From positions 92,318,001 through 92,382,000 of the forward strand of contig OX597822.1 in assembly GCA_951406725.2 (NCBI GenBank): a stretch of DNA of 64,000 nucleotides, given 5' to 3'. This DNA comes from Octopus vulgaris (Eukaryota). The translations under genes were made by a program, and so were the position numbers. A model generated the notes under the pieces. It searched no databases. It worked only from the letters and a program-made list of their open reading frames with translations, and had not been told where the DNA came from. Positions 27,102 to 41,330 of this stretch are shown here, piece by piece (position 1 is the first letter of the stretch; each line of letters begins with the position of its first letter).

Positions 27102-28333
27102 GTAGGTTTGCTGTCATTGATATTCTGTGGTTGTATTTTATTCTGTGTTTTTTTTTTTTATGTGTGTGTGTTTCCTATGAATGTTCAGCCTTGTTTCTAA
27201 CATATATATATTTTTTGTTGTTCAACTACACCACATCAACAACAACATTCTCTTCCTTTATTCCGTTATTCCGTTATTCCAAAATACCAAGTTGTATTTC
27301 ATTTTATTCCAGAATTAATCCACCTAATAGGGTTGTTTTTCAAAGCGATTTCTTGGGGAAGAAGAAGCTTTGCATGTACAGAGTCAAGGAATAGTAAGTT
27401 GGAGTACCTGTCTTGTAGAGTGGTGATGGTAAACACACTGAAAGCTATGCTTACTATATGGTTCCAGTTTTCACTTAAGCTATTGGGCCATTTCTCTTAC
27501 ATGCTCACTCTTTGTATTTCTGGCTGTGGTTGAGTCACATGATGCCTCTTGCTTGGAATCTCTTTTCATTAAAAATCACATTATCCTATTATTTTCTTGT
27601 ATGCTCTCTGGTTGTTTATCATCAATGATCTGACCATCCCTAGTCATATTGCAGTTATGTTATCATCATAAAGTTAACTAGGCAATGAATCAGCTGGGTT
27701 GTTAGAGCATCAGATAAAGCAGCTTGCAATTTTTGTTCTAAATTGAGCCAAGTTCAAATCCTACCAAGGCTAATTTTACTTTTCTTTTTTCATAGTTGAT
27801 AAAGAAGTACCAATCCATGATAGTATATTGGCAGAACTCTTAGAATGCCAGGCTGGATGCCTTGTATTCATTCTAGCTCCTTGCATTTTGAGTTCAAATC
27901 CCACCATGGTCTACATGCGTGGTAAACTTGATCCATCAGCCAGTGTGATATCACTACCTGGCATTTTGGATACCTTGAGTGGAATCTCTACTGATCAACG
28001 TCATATCCTCCCCGTCCCAACTCGCTCCTTCCATGTACTGTAACTAACCCTATCCCTCACTAATTCTCTGTCCACTCAAGTAACCCACCACCGAAAATAA
28101 AATGCTGCATCTGTTTAAGCTGAACATGAACCATATCAAATCTCTCCAGTCTCAGGGACCTACAAAAATCATGGTTACTTCCCCTCTTTTGATTATTTTC
28201 TTAGAAAACAAAATCTCTCAGTCCTTTTCTACATCTTCCTATCTATCCAGCTAGCTGTCTGTCTATATCTCTTTTTGTCTTTTTATCTGTCTGTTTACCT
28301 GGCTGTCTGTCTACATACCTATTTATCTAGCTA

Positions 28334-29611
28334 CAATGCCATATCAAAAAGTTCCTGAACTAGTTCTGTAGTGTTCTAACAGATGGCAGCACATGGTTGT
28401 GTGTGCAGTGAGAGCTAGCAGTGACCTTCATGAAGCAGTGTGCTGAGTGACATCCTTGTGTTTACTTTGCAAGTTGTGAAATTTGTGTTTTTGTCATCAC
28501 ATGTGTGCTGCAGTCTGTAATTTTATCATGGACAGAAAGTTGGAACAAAGAGCCAACATGAAATTTTGCATTAAACTTGAGAAGTCTGCTACACAAATAT
28601 TGAGCAAGTTTACGGCAATGAGGCAATGCGTCATATGCAATGTTTTGAGTGGTATGGGTGCTTCAACAGCAGAATAATGTCTCTGAGCAATCTGGAAGAC
28701 CTGTCACAAGTGTCACTCCCAGAGATCTGGAGAAAAATTCATCAGCTTGTGCATGAGGATTGTCAGAGGACAATCAATGGCATTGCTGATATTGTTGGTC
28801 TGTTGTATGGCTCCGTGCAGGCAATCCTAATGTCTGAATTGAATATGCAGCATATCTCTGCCAAGCTTGTCCCTCGCTGCTGACTACCGAGCAGAAAGAA
28901 CATTGCTTTGAAGTCTGTCAAGATCTCTGCTAGCACACTGCTGATGAGCCATCGTTTATGTCGAGAATTATCACTGATGGTGAGAGTTGGGCCTACAGGT
29001 ATGATCTTGAGATGAAGCAGCAGTCATCACAGTGGAAGAGCCCTTCATCTCCACAATAGAAGACGGCACAACAGAGCTGCAGTTCAATCAAGAGCTTACT
29101 CATCATCTTTTTTTAACATCCACGATATTGTACATCAAGAATTTGTCCGGTAGAGCCAGACTGGCGATCAAAAGTTCAACTGCAACATTCTAAAGCATTT
29201 GATTGAGGACATTCAGCAAAAGTGACCAGATCAGTGGGGCGTGAAGAATTGAATTCTTCACGGTGACAATGCACCCCATCACTGAGCTCTCTTGACTTGT
29301 GAGTTTCTTGCCGAAAACATGGCATCACTTCTGTACCCAACCTATTCGCCAAATTTAGCACCTGCACACTTCCATCTCTTCCCCAAGATGGTAATGCAGC
29401 TCATAAGTCACCGTTTTAACACCATTGTGAAAATCCAGTGTGGATCACAGAAAATTACTCCCAGGCCGGACTCAAAAAGTGGCCAGAATGTTGGGACCAG
29501 TGTATTGCTGTGAAAGGTGACTATTTTGAAGGAGATGGTGCTAAGACTTAGGTCAATAAATTATTTTTTATTAAATATAACTAGTCCAGGAACTTTCTAA
29601 TACTACCTCAT
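28334..29611 (+). mobile_element. mariner-family transposon, pseudogenised
   Basis: TIR cores atcaaaaagttcctgaactag / ctagtccaggaactttctaat. Motifs EQRANMKFCIKLEKSA, ISAKLVPR, LHGDNAP and YSPNLAPAHFHLFPKM. Confidence 0.9.
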
Positions 29612-30709
29612 GTATGTTTACCTATCTATTAATCTGTATGCCTATCAATCTATCTATTTGTCTTTCTCTATGTCTGCCAGTTTGCATGTCTATCTATTTA
29701 TATATTATAGTGGGGTAGGCTGGTTTATGGGGTTACCCTGGGTTTCTCACTCATAGCCTTACAGCGTATCTTCAGACCCCAAACACTGCTGGCCTGAGGG
29801 GGAAAAGCCTTGTTTTTAAGGGTAAAGCCCTAGGTGATAATCTCCATTGATCTTCAGCTGTGCTGCCATCTTGCAGTCACCAAAGCACCACGAAGGTAAA
29901 CGATTATCTCCCTTCAACCTAGGCTATTGGTTTCTGGCTGTGGTGCTGCCATGTGGATTCCAAAAGGCCAGCAGGAATTTTCTAAAATGCAGGCATGTGT
30001 GTGCATTTGTCTGTCTTTATATTTCCCTATCAAACTAGCTATTTATTTCCCTTTCTCTCACTTATAAACACTTTTATAATTTTATAATCAATAAATAAAA
30101 AGTTTGTGTACATGTATGTGTGTTTAAAATTAACTTCAGTAACTGTCAAAAGGGGAAGGGCTGATATGCTAGATAAATGAGAATCCAGCTTACAAATGAG
30201 GTGGGGTAGTAGACTTCGGAGAGAGAGCTGGTGAAAGATAGTTAGTTTTAAAGAGACAGAGTAGAGAGAGACATGGCTACACTGAGATAGACAGAATAGT
30301 AATTGCTAATAAGAAAGAAGGGGGAATAAAAGAATAAAGCAAAAACATTGAAAGGTAACATGGAAGGAAGTTGAGAGAGAAGAGGCTAGATAGAAAGAGT
30401 AGCAACAAATGAAGAAGAGTTTGGTGTGAGGAATCCAGTGTGTTTGAGAAAGACAGACAGATAGAGCTACTGAAAGACGTTTTTAACAAACTGTCATAAA
30501 TTTTTTCAAATTGTTCCAGTTAGATTTTGTTGATAAACCAGTTAGCTGCATGCAGTTGAACCAACAATCATTGGTTTACATAATTTAGTCATAAACCTTT
30601 AATTTATTTTTCATGGTATGTCACATTTATTTAGATAGAATTCTGACTGTTGTTTGAAGTGTGTAGTAACACCGTAATCCTATTTGTATAACTAGAACCT
30701 GTTTGATAA

Positions 30710-31885
30710 CACTGGTCAACAAAATTCAAACTTTTTGCTGTCCCATGAACTAAAGAAAGTGAACTTTATAGTACTTCAATGGCAGGTTTTGAATCTGCTT
30801 TTAGAATTTTTCTATCAGGCATGGTTTAGCAAAATCACCATGCCGAGCACAATAAAAACTAACTTTGGTCTCTTTCTGGAAAAGATTCCAGCCCTTTAAC
30901 CTGGAACCAAGAAGTTTAGCTTGCTTTTTTGACAAGTTTAAATCCCATCCAAGATATTATTAAGATCTCCCTGACTCAACAAATGTGGTTCACTTGAAGA
31001 ACAGTTAGGCTCAAAGTCCATGTCTTCTGCTTCTCTCTCCACATTTTCATCACTTGACTCATCACCACTAAGTGTCATTTTGTTTTGGAGGGTCAGATAC
31101 AGATAAGTGTTGACTGTGAAGTACTAGTCTCATAGCAGATTGTAAATTAGGATATTTTACAGTATGCTTGGATTTTGATGTTATACCTTGTATATTCGTC
31201 ATACAGAAATATCAGTCTGAAGCGTGAGCTTTGGGCTCTCTCCAAATCATAGGGATGGCAAAAGGCATATGGTGTGAACCTTTGGCCCATGCATTTGAGA
31301 AGACTGACACAGGTTACACAACACACATGAGGTGCCCAGCTTTTATCCTGGTCACCCACTTTGCAGTCAAAATAATGCTCATAACACTTTTTAATCAATA
31401 GCATGAAACACTGTCTTTGTGACTTGAATCTTAAGTCACCACAAATATAGCAAAAGTTGTTTGCAATGTTTATACAGTTTCTTGACATTATGAAGGTGAA
31501 TGGAATATGTGAACTTAGTACACAACCTCACGCCTACACTTCAAGCACAGTACTGACAAAGCATTGGTGAATCATCGACTCAGTGTTACCAAGCTTCAGT
31601 GACTCATTGATTCAAATGGCTAGATTTATGATTTCATTAGGTTAACTCTATTCATAAGCATTTAAATTAGGAGTATTTCTTAAAGCATTAGTTTCACATT
31701 TCAACAGCTTAACTGAAATTTAGCCCATGTAACAGGAACTGAGAGGGATATCATGGAACAGAGAAACTGTGGGCGATACAGATAATTTGACATTATTTTT
31801 GAATTCTGCATGGAAAAAACATTTATGATACAGGTGTTCTTTTTTTTTTTTTTTTTTTTTGGTACAAATTCTTTGTCAACCTGTG
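30710..31885 (-). mobile_element. Chapaev3-like (CMC) DNA transposon, internally deleted
   Basis: Termini CACTGGTCAACAAA / TTTGTCAACCTGTG with a TAA duplication on both sides. N-terminal transposase remnant FCYICG...YFDCKVGDQDKSWAPHVCC at 31147-31488. Confidence 0.8.
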
Positions 31886-32625
31886 TAATTGATTAATTGT
31901 TTATTATTTGTGACACAAAGTAATTTAAATAAGTCTACAGCAATGATAAGTTGTCCTGTACACTAACAAATAAGCATTTACATGGCTTACATGGTAAAAG
32001 TTATCCTTGTACAGTAGTGAAATCTGGACTCTACTGCATACAACAGTAGAAAGTCATTGTCGGCCACTTTAGGTATGTATTGTCAATGCCAAGTCTAAGT
32101 TAAAGGGATAATTTCTTTAGCACCCAGTGCTGAGATTAAAACAGTATATGTAGCTGTATAGTTTTTTTGATATATGTCTCAGATGGATAAGTGTAGATTG
32201 ACAAAGGATACCTCCTGTTTGAGCAGCTTAGATGTGGCACATTTAAAAGTACTCATCCTAATTTCTACTTCAGGGCTATTTTGAAGCTAGACCTTTTGTA
32301 CTTTATGTTACACCTGCTAACTAGTTAAATGAGATGACTATTACCACAAAAAAAAAAACATGGGGGGATTGATCAAGCAGAAGGAGGCTGTATCCCTGAT
32401 AAACTGCAAGTTATGCAAGGCAGACCATGAGAAATGACACAATTTTTTATAATGGAATAGGCCATATCATACAGATATTTAGTAGTCTAATGGAAAATGA
32501 ATTATATCAACTGCACTAAATTATATTGGCATTATTTCTCACTTATCTAAAATAGACATTTCAACATAATATCTGTGAAAGCTAGCATCTTCCCTATTTC
32601 TTTATTTTTTATTTATTTATTCCAG

Positions 32626-32782
32626 ACTCTTTAGGTGCCAAAGTCGCTCGACATGACAGCCTTGCTCGATTCTTGAACAATCGTCCATCTCGACGAGAAC
32701 TTGTTGAGAAAAATATCATTCCGATTAAAACAGAGAAGGAGAAACAGGAAGACCGAGAGGCAATTGGTACCAAACTGACAAG
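32626..32782 (+). CDS. PHACTR: PHACTR exon encoding the first C-terminal RPEL repeat (RPEL2)
   Basis: Acceptor ttattccAG at 32624-32625 and donor GTaaaa at 32783. Manual translation is (N)[51 protein letters not shown](R), closely matching PHACTR1 [24 protein letters not shown]...IGTKLTR. Not in the ORF track. Confidence 0.95.
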
Positions 32783-34444
32783 GTAAAATATCTACCATAA
32801 TTAGTTGTTTTCTGATGGTATTTAGCCCGTTCACCTGTCATCATAAAAGTCATTGATGACTTTGTGAAATTCAAGTATAGATGGCTTTGTTTCTTGGATG
32901 AAGTTGCCAAATGTAAAATTATGACTTCATTTTGTAAACCAATATTAGCAGTGTTTGTAGAATCTTAATGTATGATCATGGAAGGTGTTTGGATTAATAT
33001 CTTATTGAGAAATCTGTGACTTAAATTGTCGATTCTGTTGAAATCCTTAATGCTATTATTTTCGCATTAACTTCATATACACTGAGCTGCTAAATAAATA
33101 AAGTATAATTGATAGTTCAAACAGGCATGGCTGTGATTATGAAGTTTACTTTGCAACCATGTGATTCCAGGTTCAATTCCACTTTGAGGCACTTTGACAA
33201 GTGTCTTCTACTTGTCTTATGCTTACCAATGCCTTGTAAGAGAATCTAGTTGATAGAAACTCTGTGTGAGTGTGGGTGTGTGTGTGTGTGCATTGGTTTT
33301 ATATCACCATAACTTAAATGTTTGGCAAAAAAAGAACCAACAGAGTAAGTAGCAAACTTATTTAATATAAGTAGTGGAGTCACTGTAATCGATTTAAACC
33401 ATTCAATTCAGTGCTCCAGCATGGCTGCAGTTCAATGACTGACACAAGTTAAGGAATGATAAATAGAATTATTGTACAATAAAATTTATATTTCCTGCTT
33501 TGTTGTAATTCACTGTCTTGAAGTTCATAACTACTACTGTTCACTAAGCTATATGTGTGGCATTTTGTCCTTAATAGTTTTATTGCCTTTTGTTGATTTT
33601 TATCAACAAAATAGTAAGCAGCTTATCTGAAAATCTGACCAGGAGTCATAGCTTTAATCTGTTAATATATTCTCGCTTTCAACTAAGTTGTCTTGCCTAC
33701 ATTTTCTGTTTAGAAACCTTATTCAAACGATCCGTATCTACTCTAGTCTTTATTAATATCTGTTAGTCATTAGTAGTAGTTGTAATACAATCCACCAAAT
33801 AGTGACAGAATTGAGTTCCATTAGTGGCAGTCTGGATTGTGATCACAACCACAGCAAGAGTTTCTGTCAACAATCACAGGACCACAGGTATGACAGCTTA
33901 AATAATATGAACATCTTCAACAGGCTGTTGAAGTTAATATTGCTGTCCACTAGTATATACAGCCTATAGTTCACGTCATCGTTATACTTGAATTGATCAG
34001 TGTGTAGAATGAGGAGAGTGTATGTTTGTAATATAATATTTATATATAAACAATTGATGTTGTGTGTGTGTGTGTGCATGCGTGCATACATACGTGTACG
34101 TACACATCAATTTTTCAGAACCTTTGACAGAGAGCTGTTTGGATTCCAACTGTCTGTTGTGGTATGGTGTCTATGGCTGGATGCCCTTCCTAACGCCAAT
34201 GATAAATTCGTTACTGAAGTCATTGCTGATTTTCACTTAATTTACTTCATCTTTGTACATAGCTCCTACAGCCCTCACATGCCATTTGTCTACACCTGCT
34301 TTCCCTAGTGACTATCAAATGTGCTACTCTGTCAAACACCTCCAAATCAACAAATGCCAGGAATGATGGTCTACTCTTCTACGTGTGTGTACATATATAA
34401 AAGTGTATGTGTGTGTGTATATATATATATATATTTTTTCAAAA

Positions 34445-34648
34445 TGTGACCACGTGTGTACCGTTGGCGATATTTTTTCCTCCGTCTTCACTTCTTTGGA
34501 TCTTTCCTTTTCCTATGTTTCTGACGAAGAGCTCTGCTCAAAACGTTAAACTCTCCTTCTTTCCTTCTTTCTTGAGCGTCCAGTAATACTATACTTGTTC
34601 CACGTCCTCGCGTTGTTGTATTTTCTCTTTGTGTTTTCATGTTTGGAT

Positions 34649-34655
<7 letters not shown>
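34445..34655 (+). mobile_element. Short TA-repeat-associated element carrying a minimal hammerhead ribozyme motif (34517-34551)
   Basis: gttt-CTGACGA-a-gagc-tct-gctc-AAAAC-GTT-aaac. Stem I gttt/aaac, stem II gagc/gctc and palindromic ACGT stem III. GAAA is mutated to AAAA. Flanked by (TA)n on both sides. Confidence 0.65.
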
Positions 34656-34684
<29 letters not shown>

Positions 34685-35689
34685 AATACATGTAAATTTA
34701 CATGCAAATATATGTGTGTACAATTTATACTGTGTGTATAATAATACTTAAGAAATATTGATTTTTTTTAAACGACAGGTTAGTGTTTGTAGGTTCTCTC
34801 AGACCTGGTGCTGCTGATGCAATTAATGTTCAGTTTGAACTTCTACATATTGCAGTAATGCTTTGACAGAGGGATTAGATAAGTTTTTATTAGAGACCAA
34901 GGAATGAAAGATAGTTGGAGAGAGAGAGAGAGAGAAAAAGATATTCCTGTTGGGGAAAATGTGTTTAAAATGTCTATGCATGTATGTTAGCTGCAGTGTC
35001 ACAGATATGTGGGCATTCTTTTTGCTTTATAGGAGGATAGTGAAATAGGTGGGGGTGAGCTAAAATATTTCTTAAAACAAGAAACAGAAGCCTAATTTTG
35101 AGTTACAGTCTTGGTTATTTTCCAGTTTTGAGAAATGTTGAAGCTTGGTTTAAAATTTGGATTAGTCTAAAAAGTTGAAGTAAAACTGGTAGCCCAAAGA
35201 TAGATAATTTCAGTTTTATTCCTTATAGAAACAAAATGGTTTAGTAGGAAAAGGAGAATAAAATGGTTCTTGAAACCAATATTGTGTTCTACCCAGAGAA
35301 TATTTCAAACAAAAGGTTTGATTTATCATCTTTCACAGACCTAAATTATAGAACTCTCAGCATATAGCCATTATTTCAGAGAATATTTTTGGGGTTGACC
35401 ATTGCACATATTTTCTCTCCATGTTGTTCTACCTGCTGGCATTGTTAAAAATCAACAAAAACTTCTTTATCCAAAGTCGTCACACTTCACCTTTGTTTCA
35501 CCTTCATTTACCTGCACCAATTATTCTCTTAATTTCAGGTATCTACTTTTCAAATGGCTTTGAATCCTTGCTTTCAATTCATGTCAGCTTGTGTCTGACG
35601 TTCTAATTTCACTTCACATTACTCTTATTTAGTGAGTAAATAAACAAAAGTTGAAGTTGAAGCTGCTGTGAATTAACATCACCATCTGG

Positions 35690-36315
35690 TTGTGTTTAAT
35701 GCATGGATTGCTGTGACTTATTCTCTCCAGTCAGTCTGGTTAGCCATTGCAACTGGAAGGTCTTCTCGGGTGCATTTGGGGTCCTCGCACTGTTGCTTTG
35801 TGTAGGCTTGATGTGGTCCACCAACATTTGCATACCCATGCTTTGGTTCTCAAAGAAGAACATCGCTGATTTCATCCTTTGCTCTTCTGTAATGTTCAAC
35901 GAATTTTGTTCTTTCTCTGAGGAAGTGATATTTGTGGTAAATTACCCTAGAAAAGCTCTTTTGTAGGGTGTTGTCTCCAGGAGATGTCCAGAGCAGGTCA
36001 AAGCATTCTTGTATAGATTCTGTCAATTTTCATTTCAAGACACTTTGTTAGAGTCCATTATGTATATCTATATAACAGAACTGACTGCACAACCACCTGA
36101 TTTATTTGAAGCTGCCCAGGCCACTTGTGGACAGATCTTCCTTTGTGATTTTACTTCTGAGTTGTGTGAATTTGTCAACATTTTCCAAGGATTTTCCAGA
36201 TGTGGAGTTAATGTTGCCACTCTGGTTGTACATCATATATTCTGTTTTGCCAAAGCCTTACTGCAATATGTAGAAGTTGAAACTGAACATTCATTGCATC
36301 AGCAGCACTAGGTCT
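35690..36315 (-). mobile_element. Decayed RTE-X-like LINE 3' fragment
   Basis: The minus strand reads ALDISWRQHPTKELF..NLPQIS and further degenerate C-terminal motifs, with many stops. Confidence 0.5.
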
Positions 36316-36539
36316 GGGAGAACCTACAAACACTATGGACTCACCTGTCTTTTGAAAAAATCAATTAATTAATTTCTTTATTATTATGATATACACAGTA
36401 TAATGTACACACATATATTTGCATGTATATATTTACACACATGTATTTATATGACTTTTTCTATTCCTGAGCGTTATACTACATCTGTTTGTTCTGTACA
36501 CCACCTATCTTCGTCTTTTGTTTTTTTCGTAAACTCTCC

Positions 36540-36573
<34 letters not shown>

Positions 36574-36649
36574 CACACATGCACATATATATATGTATGT
36601 ACACACATGCACATATATATATATATATGTACACACATGCACAAGAGTA

Positions 36650-37420
36650 GACCTCCATTCCTGGCATTTGTTAATGTGGAGGCGTTTGACAGAGTAGCAC
36701 ATTTGATAGTCACTAGGGAAAGTAGGTGTAGACAAATGGCATGTGAGGGCTGTACGAGCTATGTACAAAGATGAAGTAAATAAAGTATCAGTGACGAATT
36801 TATGATTGGTGTTAGGAAGGGCATCCAGCCATAGAAACCATGCCACAACAGACTGCTCTCTGCTAGCCAGCTCCATGTCAAACTATCCAACCCATGCCAA
36901 CATGGAAACCGGACATTATCCAATAATGGAGATGCTGATGATGTAGAAATTCATCAAGATTTAGACTTCAATCTTCTTTTAGTCATTGACTTCACATAGG
37001 CCACCACAAAGGGGTGTAATGATTTGGTTGTCATAGCTGCATCTTTTGTGGAGTTAGAGAAGAAATTCCATGCATGGAAGCTGAACCTAAAAGCAATTGG
37101 TTTAAGATTTTAGTAAGTAGAAAAAGAGATAAGATCCAGCTCAATGTGCAGGAAAGGAGGAGGTAAAAAAAAAATCATATTCACTGAGACTATTTAAGCT
37201 ATGAGGACACACCAGAGGTGATGTGGAATGCGTGAGCAACAAAGTACAGATGTACTGAAAGAAAAACTGGCATATCAGATGATGTGTGCAGAAGAGAAAA
37301 CTGAGCTAATATGGGCATGTGATGCATATGGATGAGGTAGCTCTATAAAGAAGTGCCAATCACTAAATATGAAGAGGCATGAGATTCTGGACATCGTATG
37401 GTGAGGATAATGATAACTCA
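36650..37420 (+). mobile_element. Highly decayed RTE fragments with an embedded RTE-tail-like repeat
   Basis: LAFVNVEAFDRV and gagttagagaagaaattccatgcatggaag resemble the RTE copies at 684 and 61256. aggaagggcatccagccatagaaacc at about 36815. Confidence 0.6.
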
Positions 37421-37914
37421 TGTGCATTGACTTGTATAGATCAGGAAATGGGGAGCTTTTATGTGGTTGCTCTGTCTGCTAGAAATAATAACCAAACCTT
37501 TCTTAAATCAAACCATACTCTCTTACAAATGGTAAAAATACTTTAATGTAATTCTAGACACTGTGTAAAAAATATTGGATGATCACAACTGGAATGATTT
37601 AATCAGGTCTGTGACCCAGGTTAAACATGTATATTTATTCTTCACACATGTACACTTAACACACCTGAATTTGTGAAATCAAAAAGAATTTGCCAACTCT
37701 TTTAAAAATCCAAAAATACAATAAAGATGCTAGATTGTAAAAAAAGACATTCAATTTATTGATTTTTCTACTTGCTCAGTATTGCCATAATGTTCCTTTG
37801 TTATTTTGCCTAATTCTCTTTCAATATTTGTATCAGTCAATACTAAGATCAATACTGATTTTAATTATTCTGTTTTGTTATTGGAAGATTCTGTAATGAT
37901 GGGAACACAATTAT

Positions 37915-38540
37915 CATCATCATTGTTTAACATCCATTTTCCATGCCAGCATGTGTTGGACAGTTTGACAGGAGCTGGTCAGCCAAAGAAGTGTCTAGGC
38001 TCCAATTGTCCGTTTTGGCTTGGTTTCTGTGGTTGAATGCCCTTCCTAAATCCAACCTCTTTGCATAGTGTGCTAGGTGCTTTTTACATACCACCAGCAT
38101 GAGTGCAGTTTACATGGAACCCACACCTTCAAGACAAAGATATCTCAGCTTGAGCATGGCCATAAAGGATACGCCTTTATGTATGGACAGCCACAATTTT
38201 ACTTAGCTTCATGGGTCTTGTCAAGTACAGCAAATCAGCACAAGTCTTGCTCCTTGTCATCTTCTCAGTGAGACCTAGCATCTGAAAATCCTTTCTCACC
38301 ACTTCATCCCACATCACCCTCAATCTACTCCTTCAACAGGTTTCCTCCACAATTAGAGATTGCATTTTATGCAGCTGTCCTCATTCATATGCATCACATG
38401 ACCATACTAGTGCAGTCTTCTCTCTTGCACGCAATATCTGATGCCTCTTGTATTTAGTTTTCCTCCTAAATCATTTACACTCTGTCATATGTACTCCAGC
38501 AGAGCATGTTGCTTCATTTCTTTCAAGCCTTTGCCCACCC
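37915..38540 (-). mobile_element. RTE 3' end fragment
   Basis: Homologous to 60480-60960 (caccacttcatccca, tgcatcacatgacc) and ending in a catcat tail. Confidence 0.65.
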
Positions 38541-38708
38541 ATCTAAGGATGACAAGTGGTTAAATAATTATATTCACCTCTCATACCTCCTGACATTTTA
38601 TGCTTTATATATTCCTCTGTATTGGATTACTATGTGGTCTGTTAGCTGAATCCACTTGAGGATTTTTCTGTAATAGCTACACGATTCTATGAATCCATTT
38701 ATTTTCCA

Positions 38709-38817
<109 letters not shown>

Positions 38818-39009
38818 TGTTTTTGGATTTGGTTTGCAAGATTCTTTATATGAGTTTGTGTGTTGAAGCATATTCTATTGTGTCTGGGGAGAGTCATTTT
38901 CTTTTTGTGCCTTATTATGTAACACACTCACTGGTAAAGTTTCCACATTTTTCTTATTTTTATTGTCCTAAAATTTTTGTTGCGTCTTGCAACCTTTTCA
39001 ATAGTTTTG

Positions 39010-41330
39010 ACTCTCAAAACTATTGAAAAGATTGCAAGTGTATGGGTCATCAGGAGAGAATATTCATCATTTCGGGGCTTACTTCTCAATGGCATCATTG
39101 CACAATGCCCCCCTGCCCCCACTGATATGAGGCCCCACTTGCTAGATCAACTTGTTATCAAATAAAACTCAATATTCTTCTAGCCATCACTCATCATCTC
39201 TTTTTAACCAAATCCAGTCGTTAGCCTTTTCCACTGTAGTTTGGATTTCGTTCATCATGGTATTTACTTTACAATGAGTTAGGCTTAACGATAACAACAG
39301 TCACCTCACGCTGTGTCCAACAAACCCTCTACATCTGACTTTAATTGGAAAATCCTCCACTTTCCAGCCTGCGTCTTCACATTCCTCAAGTGGCATCCAT
39401 GTTATGTTCATGAGGAACCGTTAACTAGATTCACCACTTTCTTTCTTTCACACCACATTAAAATGTCCGTTTTTTTTTTTTTTGGAGCTGGGATGGGAAA
39501 GAGTCCTTGGCACCCTGGTAAATCTGTAGCCACCTCCCAATAGCCATTTCATTTTTCATCACTCACAGGAAATTTCTTCTTGTTCTTTTTGAAACGGATC
39601 TGCTGTCCAGAGCACATGAAGAGAAATCTCTGGTTGGTACTTTCAATGGTTTTTTTCCACTGTTGATGAAATCAGTTGGGTTCTTTATAGCATTGAAGAT
39701 AACCCTAAGGACCAGGTTGTGTCCCCATGTATATCTATTCAATGCTAGTGAACAGTTGGAATGAATATGTTTCAGTGTTTCAACTTTTCCGTATCTGTAT
39801 ATATCATTTTCTGAGACGTTCCATCTTGCTAGATTTGTAGGTGATGGCAAGACATCATAGGATGAATGAATCATAAAACTTAGCTGAGATGTAGTCCACC
39901 TCCATATCTCATTCCAACTTATTTTTCTCTCAACAACGTTCCTCCCATCTTGTCATCTGTCCTTGGTGAGTGCGTTGGATCAAATGAAGCTCTCTTCTCT
40001 CAGTTTCCGTTGTTTTGACGCTGTAGCTAACAACAGATCTGCGTTCACTCCACATCATACTTGCAAACAGTCTGATCCAATCTGCACCAAAACTAAGTCC
40101 CTTCTGATGAATTTGTGTTCCACCCACCACATCTCTGTGTGTAAGAGAAGACAGAATATCATCAGTCTCTGCTTCTGCTTTTCACTTCCTGGTCATTTTT
40201 ACATCTGATGGATTATGCCTGATTTCTATGTCCTCAGCATCATCACCATTCATACCTTCCCTAGTTTATAAATTTTGACTATTGACACCAGTGGTAACTG
40301 CAACAAGCCTCTTTTATGATAGAGAGCTGAACTGTTCAAAATCCGAGGTAGGCCTAGCCACTTTCTAATGAGCACATTACAATTTTGTTCAGTGATTTGA
40401 ACTTGTGACAGTGCTACCTCATATATTAAAAGTGGCCACAAAAGTTGCAGATATAAGCCAAACTGTAAGCACCAAATTTTATATTTACCTGGTAGCTTTG
40501 AGTTATCAATTGCTGTTAATCCAACCTCAGCTTGTTTCATAATTTGCATCCTGCAACTTGTACCTGACAATGTTCCAGCATATACTCACCCCAAGCTCTT
40601 GAAGGGTTCTTCCTTGACTGTTGGAATGCTTTCTTCAGCTATTTGAAACTTAGCTTCTTTTTGCACTCCCTTAATAAATGTTAGACTATGTGACTTTTTT
40701 GCTCTAAATCGCATCCTTGACCACTTCACAAGCTCATCTAGTCTCAAGAGGGCACTCTACATGATTTTCTTGTCTGTTGATAGAAGTGTCATGTCATCCA
40801 TGAAGGCCTTCTTAGGTGATTGTACATGGGCGATTTGTTCTGAAAAATCCACGGCTTTCCAAATCATCTTCATGACTAAGATAAATCACGTGACGGGTAC
40901 TGTACAGCCAGCAGCAATGCCAGTCTCCAATCGGTGCCAATCTGTTGTAAAATCTCCAGTTGTAAACCTTATCTCGAAACTGTCATAATACATCCTCCTC
41001 ATTTTGCTTACTTTGTCTGGAACATGGAAGTGGTCTCTGGCTCTCATCAGTAATTCGTGTGGCACTGAGCCATGTGCATTAGCTAGGTCAAGCCATACCA
41101 TGTTCAGACTTGTCTTCTTGTTTAACATCCTGGATAGCTTTCCAAATCGCAAAACAATGCTCAACACATCCAAGGATCCCAGGGGCTCCAGCCTTTTTAG
41201 CAGATTCATCAACATATCCATTACTCTGTAAATATACCACTGTTCTCCTTGAGAGAATTCCCCTAAAGATCTTGCCTTCCACATTCAGTAAGGATATCAT
41301 CCTAAACTCTTTGGTTCAGTGAACTCTACA
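39010..41330 (-). mobile_element. Decayed Hero/NeSL-group non-LTR retrotransposon
   Basis: ISLLNVEGKIF, VWLDLANAHGSVPH, GIAAGCTV, KAFMDD (minus of 40794-40810), LPGKYKIWCLQFG..LLWPLLIYEV and ETLKHIHSNCSLALNRYTWGHNLVL. Confidence 0.85.

Noticed and set aside
27102-27105. Alternative donor AG|GTttgc at 27106
   Set aside because: It gives phase 2, which is incompatible with the phase-1 RPEL2 exon at 32626.
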